Source of the DNA: Propionibacteriaceae bacterium
GTDB lineage: Bacteria; Actinomycetota; Actinomycetes; Propionibacteriales; Propionibacteriaceae
Assembly: GCA_031256725.1 (NCBI GenBank)
Contig: JAIRQE010000026.1
Span: forward strand, 1 to 32,000
Direction: 5' to 3'
DNA length: 32,000 bases
The position numbers and the translations under genes were made by a program. This document shows, in pieces, positions 23,647-32,000 of this stretch. The notes beneath the pieces are model-generated. The model had not been told where the DNA came from and made no database searches. It saw nothing but the letters and a program-made list of their open reading frames with translations. How positions within the stretch are numbered: the stretch's first letter is position 1; every line of letters begins with the position of its first letter.

Positions 23647-24678
23647 ATGCATCTTTCTCCAGCTACCTTGGTTAGTACAGACCCCCGTCTGATTCACCTC
23701 GCCCAAGCATCGGCAGCCGCCAGTGGTGGAACCCTTTCCGTGGTGAGCCATGCCGAGGATCTTCGGGCCTTGTGGCGTACCTCCTCTGCGATCCTCATTG
23801 GTGCTGACTGTATCGAAGAGGTGGTGAGTTGGGCCCTGCCCAGGCGAGAGCAGGTCTATCTCCTTGGGTTTGAGGAATCCCAGGAGGTACTCTGCCAATG
23901 GTCGGTGCCTTTGGGGGCCTCAGTCATCCAACTGCCTGATGGAGGGAAATGGCTGTCCCGAGTCATTGCTGGGCATACTCGTGATCTGGAGACTGGGGTC
24001 GTGGTGGAAGTCAGGGGTGGTGCAGGAGGAGTGGGAGCCTCAACACTGTGCGCGGGCCTAGGCGTGGTTGCGCAAGCGAAAACTCTCGCGGTGGCTCTCG
24101 TGGATGCCGACCCTTGCGGAGGTGGTCTCGATTTATTGATGGGTGCAGAGAGTGCTCCAGGGTGGCGGTGGGATAAATTACGTAAGGCTGTCGGGCAGAT
24201 TGCCGATGTCACATCAATGTTGCCAAGGGCTGAGGGCATCACCATGGTGTCCATGGAGCGGGGTTCTTCTGAGCCTGTACCCATGGCCGCTCTTGAGGCT
24301 GTCATCGACTGTCTCGCAAGAACCCATGACCTTGTCCTTGTTGATCCGGGGCGTACAACAGGGGAACTTCAGTCGGTCAAGCGTTCCGTGATCCTCTCGA
24401 CGCAAACCGTGCGTTCCTTAGCCTCCACAAAGGTGAGGTTGAGCGAGTTCACAACAAAGAATTCTGCCTTGGTAATACGTAAGGGTGGATCTGTGGGAGC
24501 CGGTGATGCAGCGCGGGCCTTGGATCTTCCACTCATCGGGATTCTCCCCAATGTGGTCGAACTTCCACGCCTAGCAGATCGGGGGATACCGCCCTCACTG
24601 GGTGGTGCGTGGAAGAAATCCTGTTCCAAAATTCTCAACTGGTGCATGGGTGAGTCGATTCCTGCGAGGGGGGTCTGA
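23647..24678 (+). CDS. CpaE/Ssd-like septum-site-determining / secretion-neighbourhood ATPase-like protein
   Basis: It has a deviant Walker-like VVEVRGGAGGVGASTLCAGLG and DADPCGGGLDLLMG. It is the first gene of the tad-like cluster, as in the mycobacterial Rv3660c-Rv3654c arrangement. Confidence 0.8.
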   Translation: MHLSPATLVSTDPRLIHLAQASAAASGGTLSVVSHAEDLRALWRTSSAILIGADCIEEVVSWALPRREQVYLLGFEESQEVLCQWSVPLGASVIQLPDGGKWLSRVIAGHTRDLETGVVVEVRGGAGGVGASTLCAGLGVVAQAKTLAVALVDADPCGGGLDLLMGAESAPGWRWDKLRKAVGQIADVTSMLPRAEGITMVSMERGSSEPVPMAALEAVIDCLARTHDLVLVDPGRTTGELQSVKRSVILSTQTVRSLASTKVRLSEFTTKNSALVIRKGGSVGAGDAARALDLPLIGILPNVVELPRLADRGIPPSLGGAWKKSCSKILNWCMGESIPARGV

Positions 24679-25808
24679 TGACAGATTCAGTCTCCTCAGT
24701 ACGCCGTCACCTCGCCCTCATTGGACGTCCACCCAGCGCTCAAGATATTGCCGAAGCACTTCGGGCAACCGGACAGGTTGTCTCTGATGCGGCAGTGTTG
24801 GAGATCCAACATGGAATTACTCGCGACTCTGACGGAGTCGGGATCTTGGAGCCCCTTCTTGCCATTCCCCAGGTTACCGACATTGTTGTGAACGGCCCGG
24901 ATCAGATTTTCATGGATCGCGGTGGAGGCCTGGAACTCACTCAACTTCAGTTTGAGTCCGACGATGCCGTTCGGCAATTAGGGGTACGCTTAGCTGCCTT
25001 GGTGGGGCGTCGCCTTGATGATGGTTCCCCCTTCGTGGATGCTCGACTACCCAATGGGATTCGTTTCCACGCCGTTCTCACAGGGATTGCCCATCCAGGA
25101 ACATGTCTGTCTTTGAGGATCCCAACCAAGAGTCATTTGAGTTTGGATGACTGGGAGAGATTCGGTGGAGTCGATCCACAAGCAGGGGAGATCCTTAGAC
25201 GGTTGATCGAAAAGAGGTCTGCCTTCCTCATCTCGGGAGGTACAGGGTCAGGCAAGACAACCCTCATGGGTGCCCTCCTGTCTTTGGTCGAGCCTTCCCA
25301 GCGACTTGTGATTGTTGAGGATTCACGAGAACTTGAACCCAACCATCCCCACACAGTGTGGTTGGAGGCAAGACCAGCGAACGGTGAGGGTGCTGGGTTG
25401 GTTACCATGACTGACTTAGTGCGACAGGCTCTCAGGATGCGTCCAGATCGGCTGATTGTAGGAGAGGTACGCGGTGGAGAACTCAGAGACCTTCTCCAAG
25501 CTCTCAATACCGGTCATGAGGGTGGCTGCGGAACCATCCACGCGAACAGTGTGACTGACCTTCCCGCGCGATTGGAGGCCCTGGGTGCATTAGGTGGGCT
25601 CTCGGCTGAGGCCACCCAAGCGCAGGTTTCATCAGCCATACGGGTACTCATCCATGTGGCCCGCCGGGGCCCTAATCGAGAGGTCGCAGAAATTGGGGTA
25701 CTCAAAAAGGAATCCCAGGGGGTGAAAGCTCATGTGGCTTGGAGGCGCTGCGGTGACCTAGCCGAACCGGGCGAAGGGATGGCTGAACTTCTGGAGGTTT
25801 TAGCATGA
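24678..25808 (+). CDS. tadA: TadA/CpaF-family secretion ATPase
   Basis: It has Walker A GGTGSGKTT, RPDRLIVGEVRGGE and a His box (GHEGGCGTIHAN). The start overlaps the upstream stop (TGATG). Confidence 0.9.
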   Translation: MTDSVSSVRRHLALIGRPPSAQDIAEALRATGQVVSDAAVLEIQHGITRDSDGVGILEPLLAIPQVTDIVVNGPDQIFMDRGGGLELTQLQFESDDAVRQLGVRLAALVGRRLDDGSPFVDARLPNGIRFHAVLTGIAHPGTCLSLRIPTKSHLSLDDWERFGGVDPQAGEILRRLIEKRSAFLISGGTGSGKTTLMGALLSLVEPSQRLVIVEDSRELEPNHPHTVWLEARPANGEGAGLVTMTDLVRQALRMRPDRLIVGEVRGGELRDLLQALNTGHEGGCGTIHANSVTDLPARLEALGALGGLSAEATQAQVSSAIRVLIHVARRGPNREVAEIGVLKKESQGVKAHVAWRRCGDLAEPGEGMAELLEVLA

Positions 25809-26611
25809 TCGCTCTTGCTGTATTGGCGGCTATCGTCTGTGTGTGGCTGCTCTTTCCGGCTCCAGGGCCGGGCTTGGATCGACTTTCGCCAAAGACGCGT
25901 CCTAGTCGAAATGTGGGTCGATGGAAGATCTGCTTCGGTGTTGTGGTCGCGGGTGGGATCCTAGCGATTCTGGTACAGCCCCTCGTGCTCGTAGTTGCCC
26001 TAGGAATGGTGGGAATGACCCTGGTCTGGGTTGTGGTGGGGCGGATGAATCTAAAGAAAGCTCTTCAAAGGACAAAGGATGTGGCGCGAGCCGCACAGAT
26101 CTTGGAGTCCCTATTGGCTTTGGGTCACATCCCAACCACGGCTTTGAAGCTCGCCTCTGAGGAATGCCCAGTGATAGAGCCGGCTGTTGCTTCAGTACAC
26201 ATGGGTGGCGACCCCTGGGAGGTTATGGAGCATCTTGCTCGGGTGCCTGGCCAGGCTGGGTTGTCAGCGATTGGTCAAGCATGGAGGGTCTCCCATGTCT
26301 CTGGTTCATCCATGCATGAGGGGTTGGAGCGGGTGCGTAAAAACCTTGAAGAAGCAGCGAGTACAGCCGATGTGGTTGCAGGTGAACTTGCTGGCCCTCG
26401 GGCTACGGGGCAGTTGTTGGCTGTACTTCCCCTGATTGGAATCGCGATGGCCTATGGGCTGGGTGCTGATCCCATCCAGTTCTTCACATCTAGTGTCATG
26501 GGGCGGGCCTGCTTCATAGTGGGGCTTGGTCTTGGATGTTTGGGTGTGATTTGGAGCGAGATTTTGGCCATACAAGTAAGCGGACTGGGAGGGTCAAGAA
26601 AGAAGGAATAA
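25805..26611 (+). CDS. tadB: TadB-like type II secretion system F-family membrane protein
   Basis: It has a membrane, soluble, membrane architecture. It overlaps the tadA stop (ATGA). Position in the cluster supports the call. Confidence 0.75.
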   Translation: MIALAVLAAIVCVWLLFPAPGPGLDRLSPKTRPSRNVGRWKICFGVVVAGGILAILVQPLVLVVALGMVGMTLVWVVVGRMNLKKALQRTKDVARAAQILESLLALGHIPTTALKLASEECPVIEPAVASVHMGGDPWEVMEHLARVPGQAGLSAIGQAWRVSHVSGSSMHEGLERVRKNLEEAASTADVVAGELAGPRATGQLLAVLPLIGIAMAYGLGADPIQFFTSSVMGRACFIVGLGLGCLGVIWSEILAIQVSGLGGSRKKE

Positions 26612-27354
26612 TGATTGGGAATATGTGGATGGCAGCAGTACTCGCCGGCTTCGCGGTGTGGCTGTGGATGCCACCTGATGGGCTGACTCGTCTAGAGCCA
26701 GTGATCACATGGAAGTTGCCCTCGTGGGCCCAACCTCGACCTGAAGCCATGGAATCAAAGAAAAGATGGATGGTTGGTATTGCGGCAGGAATCGGGGTTG
26801 TTATCTATTGTTGGGATTTCTCACCCGCTGTGGTTTTCCTGGGGCCATTAGTGGCCTGCGGGGCCTGGGTTTTTCTGGGACGAATGGAACCAGCAGGGGT
26901 ACGAAAAAGCCGCCAGGAGACTCTCTACGCTCTGCCTCAGGCCTTGGATCTCATTCAGGCATGTCTCAAGACTGGTCAGCCCTTGCGTACTGCTACTCAA
27001 ACAGTCTCACAGGCGATGGGGCCACCGGTGTCCGGACTCTTGGGCTCAGTGACTAGTGCTATTTCAGTGGGGATGTCGGATGATCAGGCATGGCAGGTGT
27101 TAACCGAGGACCCCACAATTGGGGTGGTTGCCCGCGATATTGCTAGGAGTACGACCTGGGGGACTGCCATCACTGATGTACTTGCACAGCACAGTGCAGA
27201 TCTGAGGCGTTTCGGTTCACAGGATCGATTGAAAGCAGCCAAACAGGTGGGGGTTAAGTCTGTCATGCCCTTAGGGATCTGTTATCTTCCGGCCTTTGCG
27301 CTGATGGGAGTGGTACCAGTCATTGCAGCTGGGGTGTCGGGGTTGTTCGGATGA
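26611..27354 (+). CDS. tadC: TadC-like type II secretion system F-family membrane protein
   Basis: The ATG at 26611 overlaps the tadB stop (TAATG), so the track start at 26536 is rejected. The architecture resembles tadB. Confidence 0.7.
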   Translation: MIGNMWMAAVLAGFAVWLWMPPDGLTRLEPVITWKLPSWAQPRPEAMESKKRWMVGIAAGIGVVIYCWDFSPAVVFLGPLVACGAWVFLGRMEPAGVRKSRQETLYALPQALDLIQACLKTGQPLRTATQTVSQAMGPPVSGLLGSVTSAISVGMSDDQAWQVLTEDPTIGVVARDIARSTTWGTAITDVLAQHSADLRRFGSQDRLKAAKQVGVKSVMPLGICYLPAFALMGVVPVIAAGVSGLFG

Positions 27355-27355
27355 G

Positions 27356-27398
27356 AGTTATCCACAGGGGTAGGCAATCTTAAAGAAGTTATCCACAA
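27356..27398 (+). promoter_or_regulatory. Second pair of DnaA-box-like 12-mers (AGTTATCCACAG at 27356-27367, AGTTATCCACAA at 27387-27398) upstream of the Flp-like pilin gene
   Basis: Read directly from the sequence. They are direct repeats spaced 31 bp start to start. The pair begins 2 nt after the tadC stop and lies 89-131 nt upstream of the ATG at 27487. Confidence 0.4.
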
Positions 27399-27486
27399 GA
27401 TGAGGGATGGATCGCAATCTGGGGCCCATGTCCTTCATGGTTCAGGTGTCTAAATCAGCGCTAAGGCGCACAACAAAGGAGCAGAT

Positions 27487-27693
27487 ATGAAGAAGATTAT
27501 TGCAGCAGTGAAGGCCCGCTTCCACGGGCATCATGAAGCTGGAATGGCAACAGCGGAATACGCGGTGGGTACGGTGGCCGTGATCAGCATTGGTGGCATC
27601 ATCTACAAGATCATCAGCGATCCCATGTTTAGGGATACAATCTGGGAACTCATTTTGTGGCTGTTCCGGATGATCACCGGAATCACAGGATAA
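27487..27693 (+). CDS. DUF4244 / Flp-like pilin
   Basis: 68 aa with the motif GMATAEYAVGTVAVISIGGII. AAAGGAG lies 6 nt upstream. Confidence 0.75.
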   Translation: MKKIIAAVKARFHGHHEAGMATAEYAVGTVAVISIGGIIYKIISDPMFRDTIWELILWLFRMITGITG

Positions 27694-27756
27694 GCATGGG
27701 TGCGAGTGGGATCAGGCTTCGGCCTGATCCAACTCATTTCTGGGGAAGGAACTGCA

Positions 27757-28116
27757 ATGTTGACGAAAGAATCTGGCAGAACTCAGCGTGGTTGGGTGAC
27801 TGCTGAAATGGCTTTTGCGGCGCTGGGATTGGGTTTAGCCATCGTCTTATGTATTGGTGGACTAAGTATCGGATTGGCTCAGATTCGCTGTAATGATGCT
27901 GCTGGTGAGATTGCTCGCCAGGCTGCCCGAGATGACCTCACTGCTGTACGTGAGATCAAAGAACGTCTACCTGGAACAGCCACAGTCAACATGTGGCGTG
28001 AAGGGAATCGGGTCGTTGTTCATGTGTCAATACTTATGAGACCCTGGGGTACCTATCTGCCATCGTTCACTGTGCAATCCAAGGCCTCAGTCGCTGCAGA
28101 AGGAACGGGACGATGA
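27757..28116 (+). CDS. TadE-like pseudopilin family protein
   Basis: The ATG at 27757 is preceded by GGGGAAGGAA. The sequence RGWVTAEMAFAALGLGLAIVLCIGG resembles a TadE N-terminal motif. Confidence 0.7.
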   Translation: MLTKESGRTQRGWVTAEMAFAALGLGLAIVLCIGGLSIGLAQIRCNDAAGEIARQAARDDLTAVREIKERLPGTATVNMWREGNRVVVHVSILMRPWGTYLPSFTVQSKASVAAEGTGR

Positions 28117-28565
28117 ATCACACACAAGGATTGTCGAAGAGGGAATCACAGAAGAACAAGAGTTTTCGTCCTGTTCCGAGTCGAGGGTCTCGGGAAAAGA
28201 CCTGTGGATCCGGTACCCTCTCCACGATCATCACAAGCATCGTCATCGCGGTGGCCCTGCTGATTGTTGGGGGAATCCTGAGCTATGTGCTAGCTCTCCA
28301 CAAATCACACTCTGCCTCTGATCTCGCCGCGCTCACTGCAGCAACCCATGCTAGAGCGAGCCTTGATGATCGGACATGCTGTTCCCTGGCCTCCGATATC
28401 GCCACAGCCAATGGTGCCAAACTCACCAGTTGCGAAGTAGTCCGAGCTGCCAGCGAGGTAGCCGCATCAGTCACAGTGATCGTGGAAGTACCGTGGAAGA
28501 TCCCTGGCCTTTCCAAAGAACTCCCCTCCACGTCATACGCGGGGAATCCGTACCAAAGTGGGTAG
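28113..28565 (+). CDS. Rv3654c-type TadE-like protein
   Basis: It overlaps the upstream stop (ATGA). Visible sequences are GSGTLSTIITSIVIAVALLIVGGILSYVLALHKSHSASDLAALTAA and a later ..ANGAKLTSCEV. Confidence 0.7.
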   Translation: MNHTQGLSKRESQKNKSFRPVPSRGSREKTCGSGTLSTIITSIVIAVALLIVGGILSYVLALHKSHSASDLAALTAATHARASLDDRTCCSLASDIATANGAKLTSCEVVRAASEVAASVTVIVEVPWKIPGLSKELPSTSYAGNPYQSG

Positions 28566-28570
28566 GAAGT

Positions 28571-28764
28571 ATGCAGCAGGTGACTGTCGAGCGGGAAGTG
28601 ATCTTGCTTAGATGTCTTGATCTTTATGAGAATAAGAAAATGGATTTCGCTGATGTTTATCTCGTTGCTTATGCAGAGAAGAACGGATCACTGCTATGGC
28701 ATCCTTTGACAAAGGGATGGATAAACCAGGGCTTACAAGTCGAGTGGATCCCTCGAATCTTTAG
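28571..28764 (+). pseudogene. PIN-domain (VapC-like) C-terminal relic with a frameshift
   Basis: Frame A reads MQQVTVEREVILLRCLDLYENKKMDFADVYLVAYAEKNGS. After a 1-nt shift the sequence continues ITAMASFDKGMDKPGLTSRVDPSNL*. The DFAD..A and SFDK motifs are typical of PIN C-terminal halves. The N-terminal half is absent and the patch is AT-rich. Confidence 0.45.
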
Positions 28765-28819
28765 CCGAAAAGAGCTTGATAGTTCAATCCATCCGTAGGT
28801 GATGTGAGATGCTTGGCAG

Positions 28820-30316
28820 GTGAGTACTTATCTGGAGGCTATTGGTCGATTGCGGGAGGATCTGGTTCAGGCCAACTATTTCGTGGATCCTGTACTGGAG
28901 GCGATCTCAGACCAGGGACAGTTGGGGCTTGAGCGCAATCATACTGTGGCGGCCACTCGGGCATTGGCTGGGCGTGAGGATGGGTTGGCTACACTCATTC
29001 GACTTTTTGTATTGCAACAGAGCCAGGATTCCGAGGTCGTGAACACGGTACTGAAAGCCAATGAACTCGTTGATCTGGGGATTCTGGCGTGTGAGGGCAA
29101 TCAGTACAAAGCCCTTGTAGATATTCGTCCCTATGCAGATGAAACCGATGGTACCTCTGGATGGGTGGTCTCGGATCATACGGCAACCCTGGATACGAAA
29201 CAGGGGCGAACAGCTTCGAATCACGTTTTGGGGATCAGTCCAGCTTCAGTGAGTTTGGCTGGGATCACTCCACGCAGACCAGTGGGGCACGCCTTGGATC
29301 TTGGTACAGGATGCGGGATCCAATCCTTGCATCTCGCTCGACAAGCGGATCATGTCACTGCGACTGATCTCAATCCCAGGGCGTTAACCCTTGCCACGCT
29401 CACTTTTGCTTTGAATGAGTTGGAGGTCACAACGCGCCTCGGCTCGCTTTATGACCCTGTACATCAGGAGTCATTTGATCTCATCACCACGAATCCGCCT
29501 TTCGTGATCTCTCCAACCATTGGTCCTCGACTTACGTACCGGGAGACTGATTATCCGTGTGATGATCTTATGAAAACAGTGGTACAGGGGGCCTCACCAC
29601 GACTCAACACCAACGGTACCCTCCATGTCATCGGGAACTGGGCCCACATCGAAGGCAGATCGTGGCAGGAAAGAATCACCGAATGGATACCCCAAGGATG
29701 CGATGCCTTCATCGTTCAAAGGGAGGTTCTCGACATCTACGAGTACATCGAAATCTGGCTCGCAGATGCAGGGTTGAGAGGCCAGCTAACCTATCTAGAG
29801 AACTATGAACAATGGCTGAACTACTTCGACGAACTTAAGATTGAGGCAGTCGGTATGGGGTGGATCACGATGATCAAATCCGGGTCCCCAACCCCGCGAG
29901 TGATCTGCGAACATTGGCCACATCCTAGTGGTACAAACCTCGCTGACGACCTCATGGCTCATCTCACAGTCATGGATTACCAATCCTGGAGCCAAGAAAA
30001 GATTTTGGAAAAGCCCTGGGTACTCGCTCCAGGCACTGTTCAAGAAACCATAGGCAATCCAGGAGAGGAGGACCCAACCCACATCATACTGAGGCGACGG
30101 GATGGGCTTTACCGCGCAACACAGGTATCGACCGCTCTCGGAGCCATTTTAGGTGCCTGTGATGGGGACCTGGGATTGGGTCAGATTATCCACGCGGTTG
30201 CCAGTATTCTGGATACAGATCCAGCACGGATGATCACCGAAGTTCTCCCTGAGATCACCTCTTTGATTTCCCAAACCTGGCTGAAACCAGGTGTCGAGGA
30301 TTCTCAACCATTGTGA
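28820..30316 (+). CDS. SAM-dependent methyltransferase with an N-terminal extension (NPPF-type, MTS-like)
   Basis: GTG start. Motif I is ALDLGTGCGIQSL and motif IV is FDLITTNPPFVISP. Confidence 0.75.
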   Translation: MSTYLEAIGRLREDLVQANYFVDPVLEAISDQGQLGLERNHTVAATRALAGREDGLATLIRLFVLQQSQDSEVVNTVLKANELVDLGILACEGNQYKALVDIRPYADETDGTSGWVVSDHTATLDTKQGRTASNHVLGISPASVSLAGITPRRPVGHALDLGTGCGIQSLHLARQADHVTATDLNPRALTLATLTFALNELEVTTRLGSLYDPVHQESFDLITTNPPFVISPTIGPRLTYRETDYPCDDLMKTVVQGASPRLNTNGTLHVIGNWAHIEGRSWQERITEWIPQGCDAFIVQREVLDIYEYIEIWLADAGLRGQLTYLENYEQWLNYFDELKIEAVGMGWITMIKSGSPTPRVICEHWPHPSGTNLADDLMAHLTVMDYQSWSQEKILEKPWVLAPGTVQETIGNPGEEDPTHIILRRRDGLYRATQVSTALGAILGACDGDLGLGQIIHAVASILDTDPARMITEVLPEITSLISQTWLKPGVEDSQPL

Positions 30317-30386
30317 GGGGTTTCCCAGTTTCGCAATAGCTCGCTAAGGTTGTGTGTCTGTAGTACACATGTGAGAGGTATATGGC

Positions 30387-32000
30387 ATGGGCCACACATC
30401 ACTGGTCATTGTGGAATCACCCACGAAGGCGGCCAAGATTTCGTCCTATTTGGGATCTGCGTACATCGTGGAGTCCTCCAGAGGGCATGTCCGTGACCTT
30501 CCCACCACCGCTGCCGAAATTCCAGCAAAGTACAAAAAAGAGAAGTGGGCGCGTACCGGTGTCGATGTCGACAATGAATTCCATCCCCTGTATGTAGTCT
30601 CCTCTGACAAGAAGAAGACGATCTCGGAACTGAAAAAGATCCTCGCCGGAGTCGACGAACTCCTTCTGGCCACTGACGAGGACCGCGAAGGCGAGGCCAT
30701 CGCGTGGCATCTCATTGAGGAACTCAAGCCAAAGGTGCCAGTGAAGAGGATGGTCTTCCATGAGATCACTGAGCAGGCCATCAAGGCCGCTGTTGCCAGT
30801 CCACGCGAAGTGGACACAGACCTTGTTGACGCCCAAGAAACCCGCCGAATCCTTGACCGTCTCTATGGTTACGAAGTCTCCCCAGTACTGTGGCGCAAGG
30901 TGATGCCACGCCTCTCAGCAGGCAGAGTACAATCCGTGGCGACAAGGCTTATTGTGGATCGCGAGAAGGAACGTATGGCTTTCCGCAGTGCCTCGTACTG
31001 GGACATCACTGCCATGATCGACGCAGGAGCAACCGTAGATCCGCGCCGCTTCAGCGCTCGACTCACCCAGGTTGGTGACACCAGGATCGCCCAAGGACGG
31101 GATTTCAATTCACGAGGGGAGATGCGGGATAACCTCGTCGCCCTCAGCGAGACATTGGCAACAATGCTTGCCGCGACTTTGGAAAAAGCCACCTACTCCG
31201 TTGTTGATGTGGAGTCTCGCCCGTACACGCGAAAGCCCTATGCTCCTTTCCGTACCACCACCCTCCAGCAGGAGGCCGGTCGCAAGTTAGGTTTCACCGC
31301 GCAAAGGACAATGGCGATCGCTCAGGATCTCTATGAGGCCGGGTGGATCACCTATATGAGAACTGACTCGGTGACCCTGTCGAGCCAGGCCATCCAGGCA
31401 ACCAGGACCCAGGTCAAGCAGCTTTTCGGTGAGAAGTACCTCCCTGAGAAGCCCCGGGTGTACACCTCAAAGGTGAAGAATGCTCAGGAGGCCCACGAGG
31501 CTATCCGTCCTGCTGGTGACTCCTTTAGAACTCCCAAGGATTCGGGGCTCGTTGGTGATCAACGCCGCCTCTACGAACTCATCTGGATGAGAACCCTAGC
31601 CTCACAAATGGCCGATGCACTAGGGGAATCAGTCTCAGTCAAGATCAACGCTGCCCACCCAGAACTCACGATTGGCGAGAAAACTATCACCGACTGTCGG
31701 TTCGTTGCCTCCGGTCGTACCGTCACCTTCCCCGGCTTCCTCAAGGCCTATGTTGAATCCCATGATGACCCTGATGAGTCCGAGGATGACGCCCAAGCGC
31801 GTCTGCCACACCTTGAGAAGAACCACCCACTGTCGGTCGTGGATCTTAATCCCGAAGCTCACGCAACTAAGCCTCCGGCCCGCTACACGGAGCCAAGTTT
31901 GGTGGCCAAACTTGAAGAGTTGGAGATTGGAAGGCCGAGTACCTACGCCTCCATCATTCGTACCATCACCTCCCGTGACTATGTCTTTAAGCGTGGGGCA
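30387..32000 (+). CDS. topA: DNA topoisomerase I (5' partial; continues past the right edge)
   Basis: Hand translation from ATG 30387 gives MGHTSLVIVESPTKAAKISSYLG..GHVRDLP..LLATDEDREGEAIAWH..RLSAGRVQSVA..AGWITYMRTDS... The frame stays open to 32000. It is absent from the track because it has no stop in the window. Confidence 0.95.
   Translation, partial: MGHTSLVIVESPTKAAKISSYLGSAYIVESSRGHVRDLPTTAAEIPAKYKKEKWARTGVDVDNEFHPLYVVSSDKKKTISELKKILAGVDELLLATDEDREGEAIAWHLIEELKPKVPVKRMVFHEITEQAIKAAVASPREVDTDLVDAQETRRILDRLYGYEVSPVLWRKVMPRLSAGRVQSVATRLIVDREKERMAFRSASYWDITAMIDAGATVDPRRFSARLTQVGDTRIAQGRDFNSRGEMRDNLVALSETLATMLAATLEKATYSVVDVESRPYTRKPYAPFRTTTLQQEAGRKLGFTAQRTMAIAQDLYEAGWITYMRTDSVTLSSQAIQATRTQVKQLFGEKYLPEKPRVYTSKVKNAQEAHEAIRPAGDSFRTPKDSGLVGDQRRLYELIWMRTLASQMADALGESVSVKINAAHPELTIGEKTITDCRFVASGRTVTFPGFLKAYVESHDDPDESEDDAQARLPHLEKNHPLSVVDLNPEAHATKPPARYTEPSLVAKLEELEIGRPSTYASIIRTITSRDYVFKRGA

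Noticed and set aside
28376-28570. 5' part of track ORF 28376..28798
   Set aside because: It is an off-frame overlap of the Rv3654c-type TadE-like gene. Only the part after 28571 carries PIN-like sequence, and even that requires a frameshift.
30382-31290. Short ORFs inside the topA region (30382..30597 +, 30417..30836 -, 30446..30817 -, 30869..31192 -, 30890..31078 +, 31072..31290 +)
   Set aside because: The frame starting at ATG 30387 gives an unmistakable topoisomerase I sequence that stays open to the window edge. The listed ORFs are off-frame or antisense shadows.

Overview
This 32-kb chromosomal window looks actinobacterial (Actinomycetales-like). That is an inference from gene content and synteny read by eye; no searches could be run. 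The conserved backbone contains an XRE regulator with a DUF2339-like membrane protein, a YhhN-family membrane protein, typA/bipA and an EamA transporter. It continues with a three-gene ABC importer, a metallophosphoesterase, an L,D-transpeptidase, DUF4177 with nth, a holin-X-like protein and two methyltransferases. It ends with the ssd/tadA/tadB/tadC/DUF4244/TadE-like secretion neighbourhood and the 5' part of topA. Spot GC counts on single 60-nt backbone lines gave about 52-63%. Two AT-rich islands interrupt the backbone, with spot counts of about 37-42%. Island 1 (1 to ~3700) is a polymorphic-toxin graveyard. It holds two divergently oriented toxin C-terminus plus immunity pairs: one immunity candidate is a WD40 propeller, the other an internally duplicated protein. 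It also holds a third toxin remnant and an RHS/YD-repeat fragment. All three toxin pieces share a coiled-coil, Gly-rich and Pro-Pro linker. Island 2 (~10.93-14.45 kb) is the most interesting region. It is a same-strand tandem array of five diverged two-gene modules. Each module pairs a small Ala/Gly-rich protein ending in the peptide FEQGV(Y/H), in various states of decay, with a ~103-aa three-TM membrane protein carrying an I-R/K-G-W motif. I recognise neither family. The layout resembles a toxin/bacteriocin-immunity array. A second notable signal is two pairs of perfect or near-perfect DnaA-box-like 12-mers, AGTT(A/G)TCCACA(G/A). They sit in the two intergenic regions that precede ssd and the Flp-like pilin gene of the tad locus. 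I recognised no rRNA, tRNA, CRISPR, transposase or integrase.
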